DNA from: Planctomycetota bacterium
Lineage (GTDB): Bacteria; Planctomycetota; UBA1135; UBA2386
Assembly (NCBI GenBank): GCA_965223545.1
Contig: OZ245006.1
Span: 352,001 to 416,000 of the forward strand
Direction of reading: 5' to 3'
DNA: 64,000 nt
Shown here: piece by piece, positions 29,915-39,149 of the stretch
Numbering within the stretch: position 1 is the first letter of the stretch
How the letters are laid out: each line of letters starts with the position of its first letter
The notes under the pieces: generated by a model
Database searches by the model: none
What the model was told of the DNA's origin: nothing
The model's input: the letters and a program-made list of their open reading frames with translations, nothing else
Position numbers and translations under genes: made by a program

Positions 29915-32900
29915 TCAGAACCGATAGGGAATCACCAGGGAGCGCAGCTCCGGCAACGGACTCGACGGGGTCAACGGAATGTTCGGCGCCGTGTTGTTCG
30001 GCGCGTCTTCCGAGTACCGCGTGTTGAACACGACGTCCCACTGCACGAAGGCAGCTCCGCCCATGAACTGTCGGACCTCCTCTTGCCGGGCCGGGTCGCC
30101 CAGGTCGTAGAGGAAGGTGCCGACCGTCGTCGGCAGGCGGTCGGGGTCGTCGCCCTTGGTAATCGGCGGCTGGCCGAGCTTCGGCGTCGGGTCCCGGTGG
30201 AACGCGAAGCCGATCTGGATGTTGGCCACCGGCAGGTTCTTCGATGTGGTCGCGCCGGTCGGCACCTGATAGGTCGGGCCAAGACCACGCGATCCGTTGG
30301 TGAACACCTGGACGAAGCGCTCGATCACAGCCAACCGCATGTCGTTCTGGCTGGGCAGCGAGCCCTGGTCCGGGCTGAGATAGACGACCCGCTGGTCGTG
30401 ACCGACGATCCGGAACTCGCCCAGCACCGTGCCACCCGAATCGGTGATCCGCGCCTGGTACTGCGAGTAGCGGTCGGCGATCGAGCCCATCACGGCGTCG
30501 GTCAGCGTCACCCGGTAGGCCAGCTCGCCCTCGAAGGTGCTGTTGCGATCGGCAGACGCGATCGAAGTCGGCGCCACGACGGTCGGGCCCTTCAGCGCGA
30601 TCCCGGTCACCGTCTGGTCGTAGTCCAGATACCCGGTCCAGTTCGAGCTGGTGTCCGCGTTGGTGCCGGTGAACGTGTAGGTCGGCCCGGCCAGGAAGTT
30701 CTGGCTCTCCTGAATGGTCCGCGCGCCGGGCCCGTTGGTGGCGAACGGAAGGCGCACCGACCGACCCGTGTCGATCCACTTCGAGCGCACGCGCGACTTG
30801 TGGCTGATCGGGCTCGGCAACAGCACCGGCGCCGGCCGGATGTCGCCCTCGTCGTCGATCGTGGCACCGTTCGAGTAGGTCAGGTTGCCCTCGTCGTCGA
30901 CCCACTCGCCCGCGCCGTTGAGGAAGCCGCGCCAGGCGAGGTAGCGGATCTTGTCGGCCGGGTCGGTCACCAGGTTGCCGTTGGCCTCGTAGAGCAGGAT
31001 GTTGTCGTCCAGCACCGTGTTGGTGCCGTCGGCGTTGTCGACACCGGCCGGCGCCATCAGCTGCACCAGACCCATGCCACCCAACGCACCACTCGGGTTG
31101 CTGTCCCACTGCGTGCGCGGGCTCGGCGGCGGATACTTGCCGAACCACTCGGCGCCACCGAACTGGCCCTGCGTACCCGTGCTGCCATCCGCCGAGATCG
31201 CGTACGAGTAGTCGCCGTTGGCGTAGGTCTCGCCGTGCATGGTGAGCTCGATGCGGTCACCCGCCATCAACACGACCATGCCGCCGGAGCCGCCGCCGCC
31301 GCCACCACCTTGGTTGTTGCCGCCGGCCTGCTCGCCGCCACCACCGGTGCCGCCATCCGCACTGACGACGCCCTGCGCGCCGATGCGGATCTTGCCCAGC
31401 GCCTGGATGACGAGCACGCCGCCGCCGGCGCCGCCGCCGCCGCCCTTGTTGTTCGAGATCCAGTTGTTGTTGCCGACGCTCGGCGCCTTGTCGCCGCCGC
31501 CGCCGCCGCCGGAGCCACCGATCGGCGCCGCCAGCTCACCGTTGATGCGAATCAACCGCGCCAGGTCGACGCCGCTGCCCCAGAAGTTGTTGTCCTTGCG
31601 CGAGTCGCGGAACACTTCGGGACCCGGCAGACCACCGGGCAGAGTGCGGCTGGCCGCACCGCTCGAACCGGAGCAGCCGTAGCCACCCTGGCCGATCTGC
31701 TGGACGAACGACGTGCCCTGCGCCTTGGCCGGGAAGTTGGGGTCGCCCTGCGTGGACATCGAGCCGCCACCGCCACCGGAACCACGGCTGCAGGAGCCCG
31801 CACCGAGCAGGCCGCCACCACCGCCGCCCTCCGGCACCTGGCCCGGGCCGAAGCCGGCCTCACCCGTCGGGCTCTGCCCGCTGGTGTTGGGGCTGCCGAC
31901 GCCACCGTTGCCACCACCGCAGCTGCCGACTCCACCACCGGTGACGAAGTTGGCCGAGCGCAGCGTGTTGACGCGGTCGCCCGCACCACCGTTGACCTGC
32001 AGGATGCCATCGACCTCGAAGTCGTTGGTGACCTGCCAGATCATCGGCTTGGTGCCGCGACCGATCACCGACACGCCTTCCGGAATGCGGACATTGCGGA
32101 AGCGGAACACGCCGCCGGCGACGTTGAACGGAGGTGCGCCCTTCGGCGTGATCTGCGTGAAGTCGGTGTTGAGGAAGACCTGCGAGGCGGCCGGCTCGTA
32201 GTCGAGGATCGTCGACGAACCGTCGAACTCGAACGCCGCCTTGACGAACCCGTTGCCGACCTCGGCGAACGGCTCGAGGAACGGAGCTTCGAAATCGATC
32301 TGCTCCGAGTTCTGGTCGAACTGCGCCACGATGGCGTCGAACTGCGGCTCGTACGACTCCCGCGTGAAGATCTTGGCGAACTGCCGGCTGTACGAAGCGT
32401 CGCCGACGTTCGACTCACCCGACATGTCCTCGAGCGTGTTCTCGACGATCACGCGGATCTCGGCGTTGTTGGGCAGCACACCCACCGGGAACAGCCGCAC
32501 CTCCGAGCTGCTCAGCGTGTTCTCGGTCAAGCGCACGACCGCCGGAATCCACACCGAGCTGCCGACCAGGGGGTCGGGGTCGTCGTACTCGAGGAAGATC
32601 CGTCCGCGCTGTCCCTCGACGCGCGCCAGCGGATCGGGGTCGAAGTCGACCGGCACGTTGCTGGTCGCCGGGTTCAGTGGCTGGTTGAACTGCAGCACGA
32701 TCTGCACCAGCGCCTGGCCCGACTTGTTGAGCGCGGTGCCCGGGTTCGAGCCACCCGACGTGGTCGGCGTCACCGAGAAGCCGACGCGCCGCGGTCCGCC
32801 CGCCAGGCGGTCGCGGAACAGCTCCGCCGGCGTGGTGCCGTTGGCCGTGCTGAACTGGAACGACTGCGGGATCGCCAGCGACTTGCCGCTGATGTCCTTC

Positions 32901-33364
32901 AAGACGTTGTTGTTGCGCGCGTTGCCCCCGACCAGGTTGACCAGGTAGGTCCGGCCCGGCCGGAACCCACCGTTGGTGTAGGAGTTGTTGCTCGGAAACT
33001 GCGGCACGAACTCCAGGCGACGCCCGGGCTCGGTGTCGCCGGGCGAAGTCGCCAACCGGAACGAGCCGACCGGCTGCTCTGCCAGGGCGGTCCCCGCCGC
33101 GTCGAACACCTCGAACGCCACCGTGTTCAGGTTCGCGGTGGAGATGTCCACCCGATTGGTGAAGTCGATGGCGATCGGGTCGTTCAAGAACAGGCGCCCG
33201 TTGGGAGCCGGCTCGGTCCGCAAGACGATGAAGTCACCACCGGCGAGGGTGCTCGCCGTGTCGCTGCCGCTGGTGCAACCGGAAAAACCCAAGAAGGCGA
33301 CAGCGAGCGCCGCCGGCACGAGGCCGCCGCGGCGCGTGTTTTGGAAGGCAAAACTCATCATCAT
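29915..33364 (-). CDS. Very large lipoprotein, family A (Ig-like plus long Gly-rich region), ~1150 aa
   Basis: Lipobox FSG-C; LNDPIAIDF, GGFRPGRTY, DMSG, GGVFRFRNVRIPEGV, many GGGGG runs. Start is among the ATGs at 33358-33364. Confidence 0.8.
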   Translation of the reverse strand: MMMSFAFQNTRRGGLVPAALAVAFLGFSGCTSGSDTASTLAGGDFIVLRTEPAPNGRLFLNDPIAIDFTNRVDISTANLNTVAFEVFDAAGTALAEQPVGSFRLATSPGDTEPGRRLEFVPQFPSNNSYTNGGFRPGRTYLVNLVGGNARNNNVLKDISGKSLAIPQSFQFSTANGTTPAELFRDRLAGGPRRVGFSVTPTTSGGSNPGTALNKSGQALVQIVLQFNQPLNPATSNVPVDFDPDPLARVEGQRGRIFLEYDDPDPLVGSSVWIPAVVRLTENTLSSSEVRLFPVGVLPNNAEIRVIVENTLEDMSGESNVGDASYSRQFAKIFTRESYEPQFDAIVAQFDQNSEQIDFEAPFLEPFAEVGNGFVKAAFEFDGSSTILDYEPAASQVFLNTDFTQITPKGAPPFNVAGGVFRFRNVRIPEGVSVIGRGTKPMIWQVTNDFEVDGILQVNGGAGDRVNTLRSANFVTGGGVGSCGGGNGGVGSPNTSGQSPTGEAGFGPGQVPEGGGGGGLLGAGSCSRGSGGGGGSMSTQGDPNFPAKAQGTSFVQQIGQGGYGCSGSSGAASRTLPGGLPGPEVFRDSRKDNNFWGSGVDLARLIRINGELAAPIGGSGGGGGGDKAPSVGNNNWISNNKGGGGGAGGGVLVIQALGKIRIGAQGVVSADGGTGGGGEQAGGNNQGGGGGGGSGGMVVLMAGDRIELTMHGETYANGDYSYAISADGSTGTQGQFGGAEWFGKYPPPSPRTQWDSNPSGALGGMGLVQLMAPAGVDNADGTNTVLDDNILLYEANGNLVTDPADKIRYLAWRGFLNGAGEWVDDEGNLTYSNGATIDDEGDIRPAPVLLPSPISHKSRVRSKWIDTGRSVRLPFATNGPGARTIQESQNFLAGPTYTFTGTNADTSSNWTGYLDYDQTVTGIALKGPTVVAPTSIASADRNSTFEGELAYRVTLTDAVMGSIADRYSQYQARITDSGGTVLGEFRIVGHDQRVVYLSPDQGSLPSQNDMRLAVIERFVQVFTNGSRGLGPTYQVPTGATTSKNLPVANIQIGFAFHRDPTPKLGQPPITKGDDPDRLPTTVGTFLYDLGDPARQEEVRQFMGGAAFVQWDVVFNTRYSEDAPNNTAPNIPLTPSSPLPELRSLVIPYRF

Positions 33365-33467
33365 CACGTCGTTGAGGGAACTCGGGGGCAGGGAGAGCAA
33401 GAGGGGGGTCGGGGAGCAGCGCCGGTCGGTTCGAGTTCGAACCTCGCGGCCCCTCCCGGCAAAGCAA

Positions 33468-36400
33468 CTAGCGATTCTCGAAGCGATAGGTCACCACGAA
33501 CGAATCGATGGTCGGGGTGATCGGCGGCGTCGCGGCGACGTTGTTCTCGAACACGAACCGCCAGTTGAAGTAGCGTACATCTTCCGGGAGGAAGCTCTCG
33601 CTGGGGGCTGCGAACTGGGTGGTGAAGGTGTCCAACATCAGGGCGTTCGGATCACCCACGTACTCGGTGATATGGCGGTTGTAGTAATACGTCCACCACT
33701 TCCGCGACTGCCCGCCGGTGTCCGGACGATCATCGAACTTCCGGATGTGGGCATCGCCGGCCTTGAGCGGGTCGAGCGGGAAGTTGGTCTCGTTCGGTTG
33801 CGGCATGTAGCCGTTCTGCGCGGCCTGCGCCGCCCACGGTTGCGGGTCGACGATGCCAGCGCCGCGGAACTCGGGCACCAACCGGGTGCCGCCCGGCAGC
33901 TGTGACAACGGCGGCTCGAAGTAGAAATCGAACGCCGGCAGCACGCCCTGCGGGCCAGCCACGTCGAAGTACGGCCCCATCCGCGGATCCGGAGGCGGCC
34001 AGCCCTGCGTGCGCTGGGGGTCCATTCGGTGTGGGTCGATGATGTCGACGAAACCGGCGGTCAGCACCGAGACGCGCTTGACGTAGTCGGCCATCATCCA
34101 GAACAGCGTGTTGTCGACGCTCCGGGTGCGCGCTCCGCCCGGAGTGAAGCCGCCCTTGGCGTTGATCCAGTCGGGCGAGCCGGGCGAAACCGTCACCGCC
34201 GAGCCCTGCACCAAGCCGCCGGCCGAGTAGGACCGGAACCCGGGCTGAGGACCGGAGGTCAACGCCAGCGACACCTGCCAACCGTTGGTACCAGCGGCGA
34301 GGAACGGGCCCTCGACCGGCAACAGCGGGTCATCGGGGTAGACCCAGAAGTCGGCCATCAGCGGCAGCGCGATCGACCCGACCAAACCACCGGTCTGGCT
34401 CTCGGCGTTGCGCGTCGAGCTGATCTGGAAGTTGCGCCGGTTGTCCCAGAACCCACTGTTGAACGCCGGCGAAACGACCGGCACGGGCGGCTGGCCGACC
34501 ATCGTGGTCCGCGTCGACGCGAAGCGGCCCTGGCCGCCCAAGAACGGCGACAGGACGTAGGGCGTGTAGTTGTTGGCGCGCCCGGTCTGGGTGTCGTAGC
34601 CCTGCCCGGAGTTGGCGCCCTGCAGCATCAGCCGCTCGTCGCGCCAGACGAAGTAGGGCTCCTCGAACTCGGGCAGCGGCAGGTAGCGGTAGACACCGTT
34701 CACCTCGGTGATCGCCTGGCTGGCCAGGATGGTCAGCTGCTGGTCGACGAACGCCGGCCAGGGCTGCTCGGCCTCTTCCTTGTTGTTGCCGGTGATGTCG
34801 GGGTTGTAGACGTAGTTGTCGGCGAAGGCCGTGCCGATGCCCGAGTTCTGCAGCGTCGGCAGCGCGCCGAACTGACCGACGCAGGGCTCCGGACGCTTCT
34901 CGGCGTGACCGAGGAACAGCGAGATGCGGTCGAACTCGTCGAACGACACCGCGGTGGTGATGAAGGGGCACCAGTAGATCTGCTCGACGTCGAGGTTGAA
35001 GTCGTTGGGATCGGACTTCGACAGGCTGACGTCGATCTCGCGCCACACCATCTGCAGCCGGCAACCGTTGGGGTTGAGCGGGTTCTGCAGCGGGCTGCCG
35101 AAGCGCGCCGTCGCGGTGCCCGCCACCGTCTGCTGCTCTCCCCCGATCGAGTACGGGCAGAAGTTGTTGTTCGAGTTCTCCTCCTGCGGCGGCGCGGGCT
35201 GCTGGTTGAGGTCGTCGACCGCCTGGCGGACACGCGTCGTCGGCCGCGCCGACAGGGTGCCATCCGAGAGGTAGACGACGGCGCCGAAAGCGTCGATCAA
35301 GTTGTGCGCCTTGGCGTTGTAACCCGCGCCACTCGGCACCTCGTCGGCGACGTAGTAGGACGGCTGCTCGTCTTCGTCGGGGTTCTCGAACCGCCGGGCA
35401 ATGGTGACCACGCGGTTGTCGGCGAACAGCGGTGAACCGCTCGTGCTCGAGCGCGTATCCAGGCTGAACGGGATGACCACGTTGGACTTGACCGAGACCT
35501 CGGACTGGAAGTCGAGCTCGTTGCCGGCCAAGTCCTTGATGCCGTCCGGTCCACCGACCAGGTGCAGGAAGTAGCGGAACTTCTTCTGCTCGAACGGGAC
35601 GCCCTCGTCCTCCTGCCGCATCTGGTCGTCGAGATAGAAGCCCTTGCTCGGCAGCAGGCGGATCGACGTCTGCGAGCCGTCCTCGTCGAACACCTGGGCG
35701 GCGACGAGGTGCGGGGTGACGAACTTGGCGTGGATGAACGCGCTCGGGTCGATCCCCTGCGCGACCTGGAACCCGGTGACCTCGGCCGGATCGAGCAAGT
35801 CCCGAGTGCCGAAGAAGAAGGTGTCGAGCGCCTTGACCGTGTTCATGTCGACCGGCTTCGTGAACCGCACGATGGCACCGGCGAACGGCGACACGTTCTC
35901 GTTGGGCTCACTCGGCGTGCCGTTGGCGAACGGCTGCGGCGCCGGCGTGAAGTTGACGAAGTAGCGCGGGTCGTCGCCGTAGGCGTTGCTCAGCGAGTCC
36001 AGCCGCTCGGCGGTGTACTCGGCGACCAGCACCAGCCGCGGCGCGTACTGCACCAGCCACTGCTCGCGCTGCTGCTGGTTGCTCGGGTAGGCCGGGATGC
36101 CCTGGTTCTGCTGCCAGAATAGGTTGCCGGCCGCCGGCGGATCGCTCGGATCCCACGCCGCGAACACGTCGAGCTCGCCACCGCCGGGCTGCGGGGCCAA
36201 GACGCGCCGCACCACCGCGCGCACGTGCTGCACGTTGGGGCGCTCGAAGTCGTCGACCGGGTCGATGGTGATCTCGGAGACGGCCGCCGGCACGCCGCTG
36301 TTGTCGACCATCAGGCGCACCGCGTCGCCGCGATCGAGCTCGTGCAGGGCGCCGCCCTTGTAGATCGTCACCACCTGGGTGAACTCGTCCACCGGCTCGA

Positions 36401-37430
36401 CGCTCTCGACGTACATCAGGATCTGGCCGGCGATGCGCGGCGGGATCGCGTCACGCAGAAAGCCCTGCGCGATGTCCGGCGTGTTGTCGTTCTTGTTGCC
36501 CGAGCGGAAGTCGCGAATCACCGCCTGCTGGCCGCTGAGGTTGTTGCCGTTGAGGTTGCCGGCACGGTCGGGGCGCAGCCCCGGAATCGCCAGCGGCCCC
36601 TCGAGCGCGATCGCGACGCGGATGTTGGCGCCGATCTGATCGGGCGACGCCGGCATGCCCGAAGCGCTGTTGCGCGTCTGGTACTGCAGGCCCTCGCTGC
36701 CGAGCAGCACCGGGTCGAGGATCAGCTGGTTGCCGCGCGGCACGTAGCGCGTCGCCACCTGCTCGAGCGATCCAGGCTGGTTCGGATCGCCACCGATCTC
36801 CAGCAGCTGCACGGCCTCGGTGTTCTTCAGCCCGACCACCTGACCGCTGCTGCCGCGCTCGACGAAGAAGCTCTCGTCGAGCGGCAGGTCCTGGGTGAAC
36901 GTCAACCGCAGGGCGGCGTCACGCGCCACCAAGGAGAACGGTTGGGTCGCCGTGTTCTGCCCGAACGAACCCGGCTGCACCAGGCGCAGCTCGTCGTCGA
37001 GCGCGTCGAACGCGGCGTCGAACTCGGCGCTGCCGATGACGCGGGTGATCAGCAGCCGCGGCGCCAACGTGTCCGGGTCCGAGCTCAGGAAGTCGTAGAG
37101 GATCTCCGAGTCCGGCTTGTTGGAGTTGCTCGACCGCTCGTCCTCGATGTCGGGCCCCACCATCACGTCGGCCAAGTACAGATCGACCGTGGTGCCGCCC
37201 GCCGACTGCCGCAGCCCGTAGACATCGACCAGCTTGCCGAACTCCATGGTCGCCAGCCGCAGGCTGTTGCCCGACACCCCCGGCACGTTCGACGCGCCAC
37301 CGCCACTGCCGCCGCAACCGACCAAACCCAGCGCCAGCATCGCCGCCGCCGGCCACGTGCAAAGCGACATCCCCGCCGCGCGGGGCCTGGCCGCCGGCTC
37401 TGGAGTGACTCGAGGCTGCGAAGTGGTCAC
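33468..37430 (-). CDS. Very large lipoprotein, family B, ~1320 aa
   Basis: GTG 37430 is preceded by AGGAG; lipobox LVG-C. Shares DVMVGPDI, NIRVAI, VIRDFRSGN, RLQM..RE, DVEQ and VFENN with 25897-29823. Confidence 0.8.
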   Translation of the reverse strand: MTTSQPRVTPEPAARPRAAGMSLCTWPAAAMLALGLVGCGGSGGGASNVPGVSGNSLRLATMEFGKLVDVYGLRQSAGGTTVDLYLADVMVGPDIEDERSSNSNKPDSEILYDFLSSDPDTLAPRLLITRVIGSAEFDAAFDALDDELRLVQPGSFGQNTATQPFSLVARDAALRLTFTQDLPLDESFFVERGSSGQVVGLKNTEAVQLLEIGGDPNQPGSLEQVATRYVPRGNQLILDPVLLGSEGLQYQTRNSASGMPASPDQIGANIRVAIALEGPLAIPGLRPDRAGNLNGNNLSGQQAVIRDFRSGNKNDNTPDIAQGFLRDAIPPRIAGQILMYVESVEPVDEFTQVVTIYKGGALHELDRGDAVRLMVDNSGVPAAVSEITIDPVDDFERPNVQHVRAVVRRVLAPQPGGGELDVFAAWDPSDPPAAGNLFWQQNQGIPAYPSNQQQREQWLVQYAPRLVLVAEYTAERLDSLSNAYGDDPRYFVNFTPAPQPFANGTPSEPNENVSPFAGAIVRFTKPVDMNTVKALDTFFFGTRDLLDPAEVTGFQVAQGIDPSAFIHAKFVTPHLVAAQVFDEDGSQTSIRLLPSKGFYLDDQMRQEDEGVPFEQKKFRYFLHLVGGPDGIKDLAGNELDFQSEVSVKSNVVIPFSLDTRSSTSGSPLFADNRVVTIARRFENPDEDEQPSYYVADEVPSGAGYNAKAHNLIDAFGAVVYLSDGTLSARPTTRVRQAVDDLNQQPAPPQEENSNNNFCPYSIGGEQQTVAGTATARFGSPLQNPLNPNGCRLQMVWREIDVSLSKSDPNDFNLDVEQIYWCPFITTAVSFDEFDRISLFLGHAEKRPEPCVGQFGALPTLQNSGIGTAFADNYVYNPDITGNNKEEAEQPWPAFVDQQLTILASQAITEVNGVYRYLPLPEFEEPYFVWRDERLMLQGANSGQGYDTQTGRANNYTPYVLSPFLGGQGRFASTRTTMVGQPPVPVVSPAFNSGFWDNRRNFQISSTRNAESQTGGLVGSIALPLMADFWVYPDDPLLPVEGPFLAAGTNGWQVSLALTSGPQPGFRSYSAGGLVQGSAVTVSPGSPDWINAKGGFTPGGARTRSVDNTLFWMMADYVKRVSVLTAGFVDIIDPHRMDPQRTQGWPPPDPRMGPYFDVAGPQGVLPAFDFYFEPPLSQLPGGTRLVPEFRGAGIVDPQPWAAQAAQNGYMPQPNETNFPLDPLKAGDAHIRKFDDRPDTGGQSRKWWTYYYNRHITEYVGDPNALMLDTFTTQFAAPSESFLPEDVRYFNWRFVFENNVAATPPITPTIDSFVVTYRFENR

Positions 37431-37644
37431 GGGGTCTCCTGCCGTTGGAGCTGAGTGGTTGGGTTGGTGCTGAGGCATGCGAAAGAAACCTCCGACTCGG
37501 CCGCCCCACGCCCGGACCTAGACGCGGACAGCGACGACGAGAGGGTGCTTGCGAGGGTACCAGAGGGTTGTCCGGCTCCGCACAGCAACGCGCTGCAACG
37601 GCCGCGGAGGGCCGGCGCGGAATCCGTGACGGAGCTGGGCAATC

Positions 37645-37659
37645 ACAACAATCATGCCA
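37645..37659 (-). promoter_or_regulatory. Possible sigma-54 (-24/-12) site upstream of the lipoprotein operon
   Basis: Minus strand TGGCATG-ATTG-TTGT; spacing is correct but the -12 C is replaced by T. Confidence 0.35.
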
Positions 37660-37799
37660 TGACTCCGCCTCCGGTGCACGGTCTGTTAGCCCCTACTCAG
37701 CAAAGATTTAGCACCTTTGGCTTGGTCTGGTCGGCGCCGCCACCCGGCGCATTCGCGCGCTTCGGTGAGCGATACCGCTCGGCGGAACCCGCCGCGGCC

Positions 37800-39149
37800 T
37801 CACGCCTTGGAGCGAAACTGTGCCGCCAGAGCCTGCTCGGGGGATTCGAAGTAGACCCGCTGGGCAGGGCGGATCCGCTCCGCCGCCGGGTCTTCGTGCG
37901 GGTAGAAGATCCCGGCATCTCGGTCGCCGACGAAGCGCGCCACGAGCTCGCGCCCGCAGTAGGTGCAAACCAGCAGAGGAGGGTTCACTTCCTTCAGAAC
38001 GAAATCGGGGACGAGATAGCGGCGGCCCTCGCCGTGCGTCACGCAGCGATCGTTCTGGCAGCGCAGCACCGGACCGACCGGCGCTCGCTCCTGCGGCTTG
38101 GTCGGCGTCGGCGGCTGTGCCTCGAGCTCGATCGTGCCCAGCAGAAAGGCCATCAGCGCCATCCGAATCGGCACGCCGAGCTCCGCCTGGCGGAAGTACA
38201 CCGAGCGCGGGTCGCTGTCGATCTCGTAGTCGATCTCGTCGGTGCGCGGCAGTGGGTGCATGACGCGCGCGTCGCGCATCAACGACGAGCGCATCGAGGC
38301 CGACGACAGCCGCGGATAGCCCTCGGTCGACTCGCCGAGGTGACGCTCGCGCTGCGCGCGCGTCATGTAGATCGCGTCGATGCGATCCACCTGGTGCGGC
38401 GTCAAGTGGGTGAACAGCGCCAGCTGGTGGGGCTTGCTCGCGGTGAGGTAGGCGGCCGCCCCCTCCTGGCTGGCGATGCCCGGCAGGTCGCCGACCTCGG
38501 CGTGCTGCGCCTGGACCCCGAAGTCGCGCCGCAGCCGCTCGAGCACGAACTGAGGCATCTCGAACCCGGGGTACGGAATGGTGATGACGTTCGCCCGGAA
38601 CCGCGCCAGCGCGTAGGCAAAGGAGTGCACGGTGCGCGAGTAGCGCAGATCGCCGCAGAGCACGACCTCGAGCCCCTCGAGCTGCCCCTTCTCCTTCCAC
38701 AGCGTGTAGAGATCGCACAAGGTCTGCGTCGGGTGCTCGTGGGCGCCGTCGCCGCCGTTGATCACCGGCACGTGGGCGTAGCGCGCCGCGACCCGGGCGG
38801 CGCCGTCCTCGGGGTGACGTACGACGATGATGTCGGCGTAGCTGCCGCCCACGACCCGCACCGTGTCGGCCAACGACTCACCCTTCACCTGGCTCGACAT
38901 GGCGGGATCGGCGGTGGTGATCACGCCACCGCCGAGACGCAGCATCGCCGACTCGAAGCTGAGCCGCGTGCGGGTGCTCGGCTCGAAGAACAGCGTCGCC
39001 ATGATCGAGCCGCGGCAAAGCTGCGAGAAACCGCGCAGATCGTCGCGAAAGCGGTCGGCATGGCGAAACAGCTCGAGGATCTCGCCGGTGGAGAGATCGT
39101 CGATCGAGACCAGGTGCCGCTGCGGGTCGGTCATGCTGCCTGCGCTCAT
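37800..39149 (-). CDS. pyrB: Aspartate carbamoyltransferase catalytic chain fused to a PyrI-like Zn domain
   Basis: FFEPSTRTRLSF, KGESLADT, HPTQ, HPLPR, then CQNDRC...CTYC. Start at 39149 (ATGA overlap) or 39134. Confidence 0.9.
   Translation of the reverse strand: MSAGSMTDPQRHLVSIDDLSTGEILELFRHADRFRDDLRGFSQLCRGSIMATLFFEPSTRTRLSFESAMLRLGGGVITTADPAMSSQVKGESLADTVRVVGGSYADIIVVRHPEDGAARVAARYAHVPVINGGDGAHEHPTQTLCDLYTLWKEKGQLEGLEVVLCGDLRYSRTVHSFAYALARFRANVITIPYPGFEMPQFVLERLRRDFGVQAQHAEVGDLPGIASQEGAAAYLTASKPHQLALFTHLTPHQVDRIDAIYMTRAQRERHLGESTEGYPRLSSASMRSSLMRDARVMHPLPRTDEIDYEIDSDPRSVYFRQAELGVPIRMALMAFLLGTIELEAQPPTPTKPQERAPVGPVLRCQNDRCVTHGEGRRYLVPDFVLKEVNPPLLVCTYCGRELVARFVGDRDAGIFYPHEDPAAERIRPAQRVYFESPEQALAAQFRSKA

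Noticed and set aside
29915..33364. PE-PGRS or collagen-like annotation of the Gly-rich proteins
   Set aside because: There is no PE domain and no G-X-Y periodicity. The proteins have lipoboxes and Ig-like segments.
26386..33520. Very long plus-strand ORFs (26386-29688, 29651-33520; likewise 3111-4994, 19714-21849, 48768-51437)
   Set aside because: They are antisense shadows of well-supported minus-strand genes. High GC suppresses stop codons, and the translations show no motifs.
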